NCBI GenBank assembly: GCA_037447435.1
Contig: JBBIGR010000030.1
Location: forward strand, 1-62,283
Direction of reading: 5' to 3'
Length of the DNA stretch: 62,283 nucleotides
DNA from: Fibrobacteria bacterium
GTDB lineage: Bacteria > Fibrobacterota > Chitinivibrionia > Chitinivibrionales > FEN-1185
The notes beneath the pieces are model-generated. The model searched no databases. It had not been told where the DNA came from and worked only from the letters and a program-made list of their open reading frames with translations. Both the position numbers and the translations under genes were made by a program. Below, in pieces: positions 30,254 through 39,781 of the stretch (positions are counted from its first letter, which is position 1; each line of letters begins with the position of its first letter).

Positions 30254-31348
30254 ATGGATTCATTAGTAGAAAAAATCGGTAATAAAATAGCAAAAAGCCC
30301 TTTTCGCATTACGATGCAGGTTTTTTCGCGGTCGACCACAGGTTCCGTGGTTCACCGGCAGTTTGAGCGAATCAGGGAAACGTTCAAGCATCACACTCCC
30401 CCTATTATCATTGGCGAGCATATCGGGTCGGGAGGGTTTGCCGACGTATTTTTGGCCACATCAAATTACGATGGCGTCACCGATTTTGCCATAAAAATAC
30501 TGCGCAGCGATTTATTGGCCATTCGGAAAAGCCAGCTCCGCGATCCGGTAGTGGAGGAAATGCGCGTAAAAGACGTGAAAAAACGGTTTACAAACGAATC
30601 ATACGTGCAATGGGACTTGAGCAAAAGTTTGTCGGACACCGTGTCGCGCAGCGTCGTGAAGGTATTTGATTTCGGTGAATTCGACAGCAAGAACAATTTC
30701 CGTTTTATTCTCATGGAGCAAATGGGCAAGACCTTGCGCCATTTTTTAAGCGACAAAGACAATATGGTCGAATCGTGGGACATGCTCATGTACAAAACCC
30801 GCATCATGATAACCATAGCCGAAATCATTTCGAACGTGCATACCGAAGGGATTTTTCACCGGGACATCAAGCCCGAAAACATCCTTTTTCCCAAAGGTTT
30901 CGTTCAGCCGCAACTCGGAAATCCGCAGTTATGGAGAAAAGGCACGGACAATAAAATCGAGCTCAAACTGGCGGATTTCGGGACGGTACGATGGGTAAAA
31001 TCGTATACCGCGCAGTATGACGCGGTCATCATCGGCTCGCAGTTTTACATGTCTCCCGAACAAATTTACAATCCGGAACATATCGACGTGCGTACCGATA
31101 TTTATTCTTTTGGCATCGTTTGTTTCGAACTATTGTACGGCAAGCACCCCAAAAACATCGGCAAGAACACGACGAACGTTTTGTCGAAACTGGCGGAGGA
31201 AAAGCCGATATCGAAAAACCCGCCCAAAGGATTCGAAGGCCTGAATGACATCATTGTCAAATGTATGGGAGAAATAAACCAGCGGTATCAATCGATGGAA
31301 GAGGTCGTGACGGACCTTCGATCGTTTTTCGACAATACGGTAAATTGA
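30254..31348 (+). CDS. cytoplasmic Hanks-type Ser/Thr protein kinase
   Basis: IGSGGFADVF, AIK, HRDIKPEN, DFG, YMSPE, DIYSFG; no TM segment. Confidence 0.93.
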   Translation: MDSLVEKIGNKIAKSPFRITMQVFSRSTTGSVVHRQFERIRETFKHHTPPIIIGEHIGSGGFADVFLATSNYDGVTDFAIKILRSDLLAIRKSQLRDPVVEEMRVKDVKKRFTNESYVQWDLSKSLSDTVSRSVVKVFDFGEFDSKNNFRFILMEQMGKTLRHFLSDKDNMVESWDMLMYKTRIMITIAEIISNVHTEGIFHRDIKPENILFPKGFVQPQLGNPQLWRKGTDNKIELKLADFGTVRWVKSYTAQYDAVIIGSQFYMSPEQIYNPEHIDVRTDIYSFGIVCFELLYGKHPKNIGKNTTNVLSKLAEEKPISKNPPKGFEGLNDIIVKCMGEINQRYQSMEEVVTDLRSFFDNTVN

Positions 31349-31398
31349 TTTTTTTGCAAAAGTTATGCCGTCTAATAAGGCTATGCCCTATCTTCTAC

Positions 31399-31427
31399 TT
31401 GTCAATGAACCGTTTTTATTGTATAGT
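31399..31427 (+). promoter_or_regulatory. putative sigma70 promoter
   Basis: TTGTCA-17 nt-TATAGT upstream of GAGGA RBS and ATG 31456. Confidence 0.55.
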
Positions 31428-31455
31428 TAATCGTATAAGCAACGAGTGAGGAATA

Positions 31456-32976
31456 ATGGATACGAAAGCGTTTTTACGAACAGGGATTGTGTTGGTTGCT
31501 TGTGTTTTACCTGTTTGCTATGCTTCGGTGGTCACCATACAAAAAAACGGTACTGCCTGGCAGCTTCTCAAGGACGGAAAAGCATACTATGTAAAAGGCG
31601 CCGGCGGCGGCGCATATCCCGAAAAGCTCGTTGCGTGCGGCGGCAATTCCATACGGACCTGGTCGCCCGACAAATCGACTCTTGACAAAGCACAAAGTCT
31701 GGGTCTCACGGTTTGTTTGGGCATATCGGGCTCCGATATTACCTCTGCGCAGCAATCGGTAACCGCCTATAAAGACCATCCGGCGCTTCTCATGTGGGGT
31801 CTGGGCAATGAGATGGAATCGAGCGTTACCGATCAGGTCGCGTTATGGCAGAAACTGAATTCGATCGCGCTTATGGTGAAAAGTATGGATCCGAATCATC
31901 CGTGCATTACCGCTGTTGCGGACATCGGCGGAACCAAACTCCAGAACCTCGCGCAATACGCACCCGCACTCGATGCGGTCGGAATCAATACCTACAACGG
32001 GCTATCGACATTAAAAACCCGGGTGACCCAAACCGGCTGGACAAAGCCGTATTTTGTCACGGAATTCGGGCCGGTCGGCTGGTGGGAATGTCCAAAAACT
32101 CCCTGGGGCCTTCCCCTGGAACAAACGAGTTCCGAAAAAGAAAGCACCTACGTCGCAAACTATCAAAAAAGTATTGCGGGAAACGACCAATGCCTGGGCG
32201 GGTATGTTTTTTTATGGGGCAATAAGATGGAAAAGACCCATACCTGGTTCGGCATGTTTTTGGCCGACGGCAGCCCTACGAATACCGTTGACGGAATGCA
32301 GTATGTATGGACCGGCGCCTACGGAACGAACCGAAGTCCCCGAATCAAATCGGGAAAGATCAAAGTTGGGCGTGTCGAGGCGTTCAATGACGGGGCCGAC
32401 CGATATTTTAGGCCAAGCCAACAGGTCAAATGCGTGGTCGACGCCGATGATCCCAACGGCGATTCCATCATCGTGTCCTGGGACTTGCGAGTAGACGTAT
32501 CTGACAATACCGCAACGGGCGGCGCGTATGAAACGCCTTCGACCCCTATTGCAAACGCGGTGATATCGTCGAGCGGATCGACGGCGGTGATACAACTTCC
32601 CGCCGAAGCCAAAAATTACAGAATTTTCTGTTATGTTAAAGACCCGAAAGGCTCGGTTGCCACTGCCAATTGCCCCATCGTCGTCGATCCGAACGCGCCG
32701 ATGGGTATACACGGCGCCGTATCGTCAATGCCGAGTGCTATTTCGTACGATCTTTTTTCGAAAGACGGATCTATAGCCGTTGCCGTTCGGCTTCAAAATA
32801 CGGAAAACATCTCTATTGCGGCGTATAATGCGAACGGACGGAAAATTAAAACCATTAAAAGCGGATTACAAAATGCGGGGACGGATACCTATTATTATAA
32901 GGTAAAAACGTCGGGTGAATATTTCATAAAATTATTTTCAAAACACGGCCTTCAAGTAAAAAAGATTGTCTTATAA
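31456..32976 (+). CDS. secreted clan GH-A glycoside hydrolase (GH2-TIM-like) with T9SS/FlgD-like C-terminal domain
   Basis: signal peptide, GGNSIRTW, HPALLMWGLGNE (acid/base), VTEFGP (nucleophile); tail YNANGRKI...SGEYFIKL...KKIVL. Confidence 0.85.
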   Translation: MDTKAFLRTGIVLVACVLPVCYASVVTIQKNGTAWQLLKDGKAYYVKGAGGGAYPEKLVACGGNSIRTWSPDKSTLDKAQSLGLTVCLGISGSDITSAQQSVTAYKDHPALLMWGLGNEMESSVTDQVALWQKLNSIALMVKSMDPNHPCITAVADIGGTKLQNLAQYAPALDAVGINTYNGLSTLKTRVTQTGWTKPYFVTEFGPVGWWECPKTPWGLPLEQTSSEKESTYVANYQKSIAGNDQCLGGYVFLWGNKMEKTHTWFGMFLADGSPTNTVDGMQYVWTGAYGTNRSPRIKSGKIKVGRVEAFNDGADRYFRPSQQVKCVVDADDPNGDSIIVSWDLRVDVSDNTATGGAYETPSTPIANAVISSSGSTAVIQLPAEAKNYRIFCYVKDPKGSVATANCPIVVDPNAPMGIHGAVSSMPSAISYDLFSKDGSIAVAVRLQNTENISIAAYNANGRKIKTIKSGLQNAGTDTYYYKVKTSGEYFIKLFSKHGLQVKKIVL

Positions 32977-33002
32977 ATTAAGAATTAAACAATTGGATTG
33001 CC

Positions 33003-36000
33003 ATGATTAAAAACCGCATTTTTCGGCGAAAAGCGATTTTGTTTTTCGGAATTTCCGTTTTCATTTTTTTCAAAAGCAATGCAGCGGAAAACGATCTTTT
33101 TGCCTTATCGCCTGAACAAGTTTCGGCAACCTTAGACACCTATTTTAAAAAAGCGGAATCGGACCTGGAAAGCGGGAAAATCCGGGATGCACGGCAGGGA
33201 ATTTCTCTGATTGAGTTTAAAATTCTTAAGTATAAAAAAACGATTTCGAATGAAGAAAAAAAGAATTATGAAGTAAAAATAACCGGTATTAAAACTGCGA
33301 TTAAACAGAAAATAGATTCTTTAATAAATGTTAATTTGGCAATAATAAAGAAAAGCGGAAGAAATGCGGGAAATGAGTACCGGCAATTTTTATCCGCGCA
33401 ACAAGGACTTTCGGAATCGGAACTCGCAATAGTCGACGACGCGATCATGCAAAGTCCCGTTTCCGAAGAAGAGTACAAACCGGTTCAGCAACCATCGGCT
33501 CCAGTGGAAAATCAGCCTGTTTCATCCGTGCAGCCCCCTGTTTCACAACCGCATGTTTCCGTTTCGCCGGCGCAGCCTTCCGTATCGCAAACACAACCGG
33601 TTGTTTCACCCAAACAACCTCCGGTATCGCAAACCCAGCCGTCCGTTTCACCCAAACAACCCCCGGTATCGCAAACGCAACCGTCGATACCTGCCGAAAA
33701 ACCGGTACAGCCGTTGATTGTCAAAGAGACGCCCAAACCGATTTCTTCGGAACCCCTTGTAGCCCAGACACCCGCGAAACCGCTTGAAATATTCAGAGAA
33801 AAACCCGCGCCGGAATCGAAGGAGGAACAACCTCAAATCAATTACAACGAGGAATTTGAAAAAAACAGGGTTAAGGCAATGGCGACGGCGGCGAAAATCC
33901 GTGCGCTTTTGGAAGATAATAAAACCGATGAAGCGAAGACGGTGTTTCAAATTTATCAGGTCAATATGTCCAGGTTTTTAGAAGCGAAAACTTTTTCCGA
34001 TCTAAAAACAACGGTGGAATCGAGGGTGGCGAAAGAAAAAGGCGACAAGGCCCGCATGTGGGAGGTTTTCCTCAAGATCAATAAATTGCTCGATCAGAAT
34101 AAAGCGGCCGAAGCCTATGGAACGCTCAAAGGGGAGCGCGAGAATTTAAAAAAATATATCGATGAAAAAGATTACAAGGACCTCGAAACGCGCACGTTCC
34201 GTGCACAGTCGGACTATAACAGGGTACAATCGACCGCCCATACCGTCATGGCCGAAATAAAGGCCGATATCAAAGACAAAAAAATCGAACAGGCCTACAA
34301 GGTATTCGAAAAGAACAACCCCGTCCTTGAGGATGGGTTGACAAACGATGAATTGGCGGAATTGAAAAAAGAGGTCGTTGCCTCGCAATCGGATTTCAAA
34401 GACAAAAAAAAGCTGGCCGAGATCGGTAAAAAGGATATCCTAACCCTCATTCACGATAAAAAAGGAAATGAAGCCGAAGCCCGGTTCAACGATAACAGGG
34501 TTTTATTAAAAGAATATCTTTTTGAAAAGGATTTCGAGGCATTGGCCGCAGACGTCGAAAAAGCCAAAAGCAACTATGCGGCCGACCGGGTACGGGCTCT
34601 AAAAACATTGGACCGGATCGATTCGTTGCTGGGAAAAGGCAAGGTACAGGCTGCCAAAGATCTGTTCGACGCGACAAGCGCCCGTGTAAAAACCGATTGC
34701 GCAAACGACAAGCGGTTTTTTGAAACCAAGGAACGGCTGGATCTGGCGTACGGTCTTTTGCGCGCGCAAAAGATGCAAGCCGAAGAGACTTCCCGGAAAA
34801 TCGATTTCCTCATTGTAAAAAAGGAAGGGAAAAAAGCGTATGAATTGTTCCTGCAGGAAGAATCTCGGTTAAAAGAATTTCTCGATAATGCCGGTTTCGA
34901 CAAAATTAAGCAAGCGGCATTGAAAGCGAAAAATGAGTACGATAAAAATGTGGCGAACGCGCAGGCCACCGTGAAACGGATAGAAGGTCTTTTGAACCTT
35001 AATAAAACGGAACAGGCGTTTTCGGCATTTAAGGATGCGGAAGACGATCTGTATACGTATTACGAAGACGAAAAATATTTACAAATATTACAGAAAAAAA
35101 CCCGCAACGCGTATGACGACCTCCAAAACAAAAAGCAGAAAGCCGAATCCGTCGTCAAAGACATCAGGCGCCTGGTAGAAAAAGATAAAGGGAGAGAGGC
35201 ATTGGACGAATTCCAGAAAACGAAACCCGACCTGAGTAAATATTTGGATGCGAAAACGGTTTCGGCTTTGGAAATACTGGTTAAAAAAGCAGGGGCGAAA
35301 TTTGCCGGGTATAAAGCGAAAATGGAACAGCAGGCCGGCCATATCCGAACGTTAATTACGCAGAAAAAGATCGAGGACGCCTACGACGCATTTGATTCGT
35401 TGGAAACGCAATTGCGGACCTATTTGGACGAAAATACGTTTACAAGCCTGAAAACGACCGTTGAAAAATTCAATAATGCGCTCTTGGACAATAAAAAAGA
35501 AGCGATGAAAATAATCGGATCCGTAAACCGTTTCATCGATAAAAACCAGGGTGATTCGGCATATATCCTTTTCATGCAACGGGATCCGTATCTTTCCAAA
35601 TATTGTGCGCCGAAAACATATACCGCCGTATTGGGACGCGCCGCGCATGCAAAGGCGGAATTCGAAAAAAACTGCAAAATTGCCTTGGATATTTCGGCGA
35701 AACTAAAGGCGATGATCGCCAAAGACAATCCGGAAGGCGCATATGGGTTGTATGACGACAAAAAGGATTTTCTCGAACATTATATGGACAACGTTACGTT
35801 CAAAAGAACGCAAACGCTGGTTTTTGTCCCCTATGATTTTTTCATGGACAAACGCAAACAGGCCCGAAGCGGCGTCGCCATGCTCAAACGCATGATCGGG
35901 CAGGATAAATGCGTCGAAGCCAAAACCGAGTTTTTAAGCCGCGATAAAGACCTTACGAAATATCTTCCGAAAAAGGAATACGACGATATCAGGGACAAAG

Positions 36001-36404
36001 TGTATGTCGCATACGACAAGACAATAAACGGGAGGAAGGAAGCCAATCAAACCGCGACGAAAATCCGCGCGCTTTTGGCCGACGATAAGATCGCCGAGGC
36101 CTATAAAGCATTCAAGGACGCCAAATCGATTTTAGAAACGTATTTGTCGAAAAACGAATATACCGGATTGCAGTCGGAAGTCATTTCGACCTACGATGAA
36201 CAGGAAGACAAAAGAAAACAGGTAAAAGACTATGCGCAAAAATTACGGCAAATGGTTTCGCATAACAAATTGTGGGATGCCTATAAGGGTTTTACAATGA
36301 ATAAAAAAACGTTGAACGACTATTTGGATGCGGAAACATATGCGGATTTGGAAAAAACAGTGATCGGCACGTATAATAAAGCACGGGAAAAATCGGGAAA
36401 TTAG
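33003..36404 (+). CDS. exported 1133-aa protein: helical N-domain, PQSV-rich linker, 14 x ~60-aa helical repeats
   Basis: long uninterrupted ORF, signal peptide, clear 60-residue periodicity from residue 299 to the C-terminus. Confidence 0.85.
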   Translation: MIKNRIFRRKAILFFGISVFIFFKSNAAENDLFALSPEQVSATLDTYFKKAESDLESGKIRDARQGISLIEFKILKYKKTISNEEKKNYEVKITGIKTAIKQKIDSLINVNLAIIKKSGRNAGNEYRQFLSAQQGLSESELAIVDDAIMQSPVSEEEYKPVQQPSAPVENQPVSSVQPPVSQPHVSVSPAQPSVSQTQPVVSPKQPPVSQTQPSVSPKQPPVSQTQPSIPAEKPVQPLIVKETPKPISSEPLVAQTPAKPLEIFREKPAPESKEEQPQINYNEEFEKNRVKAMATAAKIRALLEDNKTDEAKTVFQIYQVNMSRFLEAKTFSDLKTTVESRVAKEKGDKARMWEVFLKINKLLDQNKAAEAYGTLKGERENLKKYIDEKDYKDLETRTFRAQSDYNRVQSTAHTVMAEIKADIKDKKIEQAYKVFEKNNPVLEDGLTNDELAELKKEVVASQSDFKDKKKLAEIGKKDILTLIHDKKGNEAEARFNDNRVLLKEYLFEKDFEALAADVEKAKSNYAADRVRALKTLDRIDSLLGKGKVQAAKDLFDATSARVKTDCANDKRFFETKERLDLAYGLLRAQKMQAEETSRKIDFLIVKKEGKKAYELFLQEESRLKEFLDNAGFDKIKQAALKAKNEYDKNVANAQATVKRIEGLLNLNKTEQAFSAFKDAEDDLYTYYEDEKYLQILQKKTRNAYDDLQNKKQKAESVVKDIRRLVEKDKGREALDEFQKTKPDLSKYLDAKTVSALEILVKKAGAKFAGYKAKMEQQAGHIRTLITQKKIEDAYDAFDSLETQLRTYLDENTFTSLKTTVEKFNNALLDNKKEAMKIIGSVNRFIDKNQGDSAYILFMQRDPYLSKYCAPKTYTAVLGRAAHAKAEFEKNCKIALDISAKLKAMIAKDNPEGAYGLYDDKKDFLEHYMDNVTFKRTQTLVFVPYDFFMDKRKQARSGVAMLKRMIGQDKCVEAKTEFLSRDKDLTKYLPKKEYDDIRDKVYVAYDKTINGRKEANQTATKIRALLADDKIAEAYKAFKDAKSILETYLSKNEYTGLQSEVISTYDEQEDKRKQVKDYAQKLRQMVSHNKLWDAYKGFTMNKKTLNDYLDAETYADLEKTVIGTYNKAREKSGN
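33510..33690 (+). repeat. intragenic tandem repeat, 21/42-bp period (VSQTQPxVSPKQPP)
   Basis: repeated GTATCGCAAAC-CA-CCG and GTTTCACCCAAACAACC units. Confidence 0.85.
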
Positions 36405-36528
36405 CGAGCACATTCGGCGGGTAGCCGTGGCGCTTTACTTTACCGTTCGCACGCACATATTTTGAGTACCGTCTTTGGCTTGGCTCCATGATTTTTTTTA
36501 ACAACAATAGTTTTTAAGAGGAGATATA

Positions 36529-36984
36529 ATGAAAGACGAAGTTATTGAAAACCCCATTCCGGCACCGATCCGGGAATTACTAAAAGTGTTCAAGGAAGAA
36601 TTATCGGCGGTCGCATTTCCCGACGTAAGTTTTAAGGTTCTTGAATCGTTATCGCAGGTCGTTGAAAATAATGCGAAAGAACTGGAAAAAGCCCAGGAAG
36701 CGGCCAAAGCAGCCGAAGAGGCGCTGGAAAGCAGCCAGAACGAACTGCTTTTAAAATCGTCCAGGGCAATAGCATATGCAAAGGTGTTTGCAGAAGATAA
36801 AGCGGAACTGCTGGACAAACTTTCGCAAATCAATGTAGGCAAGGCGGGCCGCGCCGCCAAGAAAGCGGGAGGCGAAAAGCCGAAAGCCGACGATCCCGAT
36901 GCTTTGGAAAAAGCGGAAAAGAAAAGCGCAAAAGCCGCTAAAAAAGCCGAGCAAAAGCCCGACGCCGAAGTTCCGGCGATCTGA
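36529..36984 (+). CDS. hypothetical protein, coiled-coil core with Ala/Lys-rich tail
   Basis: GAGGAG RBS, 151-aa ORF, AAKKA-type C-terminus. Confidence 0.75.
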   Translation: MKDEVIENPIPAPIRELLKVFKEELSAVAFPDVSFKVLESLSQVVENNAKELEKAQEAAKAAEEALESSQNELLLKSSRAIAYAKVFAEDKAELLDKLSQINVGKAGRAAKKAGGEKPKADDPDALEKAEKKSAKAAKKAEQKPDAEVPAI

Positions 36985-36987
36985 TAG

Positions 36988-37584
36988 TTATCCTAAATAC
37001 AATTCCGAGCGCGAGATGGTGATTGCATTTCCCGAAAGCGTTTTGCAATCGCCATCGAGCGTTGCTTGCCCCGGACCGAAATTTCCCGCATAACAATACC
37101 CGGTGCTTTCTTGACAAACCGATATCGGATACTTGCCGGTTTTCAGGTTAATGACGATTTCTTTCCGATTCGTTTTCGAGAGTTCGGTGTTTATGATATG
37201 GGCGGCGGCAAACAAAGAACGGCCTGCCTTCCATAGTTCCGATTTGGCGGTGAAAATACGGATATCATACCCAAAGTCGCGCATTTCATCGAGCATTATG
37301 AACACCGTTTCGGAAAAACCCGTTTCTTTTGCAATACGCTGCATATCGGAATCGAAAAGCATATAGCCTGATAAAAAAACGCCGAATAGATTTTCGTACA
37401 AACAGTGTTCGCTTAAAACCGCTACTTCAAAAAACGGAACGGTATTGAACGGCGAGGCCTTTTCCGCTGTGTTGACAGTGGAACAAGACTCCATATCGGT
37501 CCATAAAGAAGGGTACAAACCCATATTGGTTTTCGCCGTAGGTACGAAAGATTTTGCCGATAAAACAGCCGATGAATTTTTCAT
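36988..37584 (-). CDS. divergent, half-length PhzF-like protein
   Basis: MQRIAKETGFSETVFI...YDIRIFTAKSEL resembles the PhzF N-domain; the GH motif and second domain are missing. Confidence 0.6.
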   Translation of the reverse strand: MKNSSAVLSAKSFVPTAKTNMGLYPSLWTDMESCSTVNTAEKASPFNTVPFFEVAVLSEHCLYENLFGVFLSGYMLFDSDMQRIAKETGFSETVFIMLDEMRDFGYDIRIFTAKSELWKAGRSLFAAAHIINTELSKTNRKEIVINLKTGKYPISVCQESTGYCYAGNFGPGQATLDGDCKTLSGNAITISRSELYLG

Positions 37585-37610
37585 AAAAAATTTCTTTTTT
37601 TAGAATGTGT

Positions 37611-37853
37611 TTAATCGGCGTGCTTTTTACAATGATGATAATGACACGGAAAAAGCACGGTTTTTAAAATCCCTACGACAAAAAACAGGCCGACGCAATT
37701 CCAAAACCCGATCGATTGAAATACCTGAGGCAAAAAATAAAAGAAATGCTGTCCGATATGACAATGGGTCCAGATAAACCAGAACGGAATTGCGAGCGAA
37801 ACATTGAGAAAAAGGGAAATAAGCCAACCGACAACCGGAATATGATTAAACAT
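37611..37853 (-). CDS. small membrane protein
   Basis: AAAGGA RBS before ATG 37853; two hydrophobic helices; His/Cys-rich tail. Confidence 0.65.
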   Translation of the reverse strand: MFNHIPVVGWLISLFLNVSLAIPFWFIWTHCHIGQHFFYFLPQVFQSIGFWNCVGLFFVVGILKTVLFPCHYHHCKKHAD

Positions 37854-37885
37854 AAAAAATCCTTTCTGTGGAGCGGACTTTGTAA

Positions 37886-38308
37886 TTATTCCCCGCAATA
37901 AACGCGTACCGTATCGCCGTTTTTGGATTTCACATTGATTTCCATATCGGCAAGGTTTTTGATGAGTTCTTCGATATCATCGGGCTTTATATTGTTCAAA
38001 TCGAATTTCATGCCCTTTTCATGCATCGTACTGTTGATATGTTCCATTGCCTGTGCGGGAATGAGCGCGGTAAGGCGCATGCCCGCCCGGATAAGCCCGA
38101 GCGGAACCCGGACATCGACATTGTCGTTTTCACTGCTGAGCACCTTGACATATATATATTTGATGTTTTTTGGAACTTTGCGTTCGAACGAACCGCCTTC
38201 GGACGATTGGTTTGCTTTTCCCATTGCGTCGAGCAATTCTTCAGCCTCGGCAGCCGAAATTTTGCCTTCGGCAAGCATTTTAAGTATCCTTTTTCTTTCT
38301 TCGCTCAT
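37886..38308 (-). CDS. SHOCT-like (YvlB/LiaX N-terminal type) domain protein
   Basis: MSEERKRILKMLAEGKISAAEAEELLDAM, VDVRVPLGL; GGAGG RBS. Confidence 0.85.
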   Translation of the reverse strand: MSEERKRILKMLAEGKISAAEAEELLDAMGKANQSSEGGSFERKVPKNIKYIYVKVLSSENDNVDVRVPLGLIRAGMRLTALIPAQAMEHINSTMHEKGMKFDLNNIKPDDIEELIKNLADMEINVKSKNGDTVRVYCGE

Positions 38309-38379
38309 ATATTCCTCCGGATTTCAATGTTTACAATAGTTAATGATAAAATCGGGCCGCCCTTAAAATGAAAAGCCGA

Positions 38380-38661
38380 TCACGATATTTTCACCTGCAC
38401 GACCGTATCGCTTTTCGGGCTGTTTACCTTTACCAGAGTTCCCCGCAGCGATGAAAACACCATAAATACGCCCGAAAGTATATACCATAATTTTATTCGC
38501 ACGCCGGTCATTCGAATTATGAGATCCGCAAGAAGCAAAAACGGTAATGCGAGAATAAACAATACGATAAAAATCGGCCACAATATAAAGAGCGGTATCC
38601 ATAAGGCCAACTTAAAACGCGTGCCCGTGCGGATTTTTATATAAATGATACTCGGTATCAT
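38380..38661 (-). CDS. small membrane protein
   Basis: LWIPLFILWP TM segment, LRGTLVKV tail; GGGAGAG RBS. Confidence 0.75.
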   Translation of the reverse strand: MIPSIIYIKIRTGTRFKLALWIPLFILWPIFIVLFILALPFLLLADLIIRMTGVRIKLWYILSGVFMVFSSLRGTLVKVNSPKSDTVVQVKIS

Positions 38662-38763
38662 ACGAACTCTCCCTTAGTGCCGATATTTGAATTATACGCT
38701 CGAAAAACCTTTGTTCCATTGCCTTTGCTTTTTGCGTATATACGGTAAACAAATCCCACGGGC

Positions 38764-39129
38764 TTATAATTCCTTCAATTTTTCCGTTGCTTCTTTTGCC
38801 GAAATTTCGCCGCGTTCCAATTGACCGAGAATTTCTTCGCGCTGCGATACAGGCATGACTTCGACCAATTGAAGCTGACTTGCAATTTTATTGAGCCGCG
38901 CTTTGATGGTGGGATAGCTGACACCGAAAGCCTGTTCCATTTCTTTAATGGATCCGTGCGTGCGGATGAAATGCGCGACAAAAACCTGGTCTTCATCGGA
39001 TAATCGGGCTATAGGCGTCAATTCAAATTCGCCTTGTATTGCAATACCTGTTTCTTTCATTTTAATCGAAGTTACGACAAACTCTTTTTGCCCGGTTAGG
39101 GCTGTTAATTCATACCATGCTGATGCCAT
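38764..39129 (-). CDS. DUF2089 family HTH protein with C-terminal SHOCT-like helix
   Basis: LSDEDQVFVAHFIRTHGSIKEMEQAFGVSYPTIKARLNKI, ILGQLERGEISAKEA; GGAGG RBS before ATG 39129. Confidence 0.9.
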   Translation of the reverse strand: MASAWYELTALTGQKEFVVTSIKMKETGIAIQGEFELTPIARLSDEDQVFVAHFIRTHGSIKEMEQAFGVSYPTIKARLNKIASQLQLVEVMPVSQREEILGQLERGEISAKEATEKLKEL

Positions 39130-39158
39130 AAAAGCCTCCAAATTTATTTTCTTAATTA

Positions 39159-39187
39159 AATATACGGCGATTTATTAATTAAATCAA
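39159..39187 (-). promoter_or_regulatory. putative sigma70 promoter of the DUF2089 operon
   Basis: minus strand TTGATT-17 nt-TATATT. Confidence 0.5.
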
Positions 39188-39296
39188 TATTTTTTTTAAT
39201 TTTTTTAATTTTTTAACGCGAAATAGTAAGTTTTATTACGGCAAACCTTAAAAAATGAAGGGATTGAAGCGTTTTTTGGAAAGTTATTTTGATTTA

Positions 39297-39779
39297 TTAG
39301 AGGCTTTTTTTATGCTTTTTGGGGAGATTTTTTTTAATAAGCATTTCGGCATCGGCAAGATCTTTTAAGCGGGAAGATTTTTTTTTGCATTGAAGCAAAT
39401 CCATATAAGAAATAATATTTAAAGATAATTTTTTGAATAAAATTTCTTTTTTATGTGCGAAAATTAAGCGATTTGAAACGCCTTTTAATGAAGTCAGAAT
39501 ATCAATTCTGTTAGGTTCGGCACCTAGATGAATAGCGCTGCCCTTTTTTTCGAAAACTGCTTTTGAAAAACCGATATTACCAAATCCGAAATCATTTAAA
39601 ACCGCGAGCATTTTCTCCGCATTTTCAGAAGAAGGGAATATTAAAAAATCAATATCTTGCGTTGTCCGAACATAGCCATAATAAAAAACTGCAAATCCTC
39701 CAACTAAAACGTATTCCACCTTATGCTTTTTAAGCAATCGGATAAAATCTTTCATGTCTTGAGTAATTAGCATTGACAT
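39297..39779 (-). CDS. minimal nucleotidyltransferase-fold protein
   Basis: YVLVGGFAV..YG..RTTQDIDF, RIDIL, K..SSRLKDLAD. Confidence 0.88.
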   Translation of the reverse strand: MSMLITQDMKDFIRLLKKHKVEYVLVGGFAVFYYGYVRTTQDIDFLIFPSSENAEKMLAVLNDFGFGNIGFSKAVFEKKGSAIHLGAEPNRIDILTSLKGVSNRLIFAHKKEILFKKLSLNIISYMDLLQCKKKSSRLKDLADAEMLIKKNLPKKHKKSL

Positions 39780-39781
39780 TA

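Noticed and set aside
33510..33690. CRISPR or non-coding repeat
   Set aside because: In-frame coding repeat without spacers
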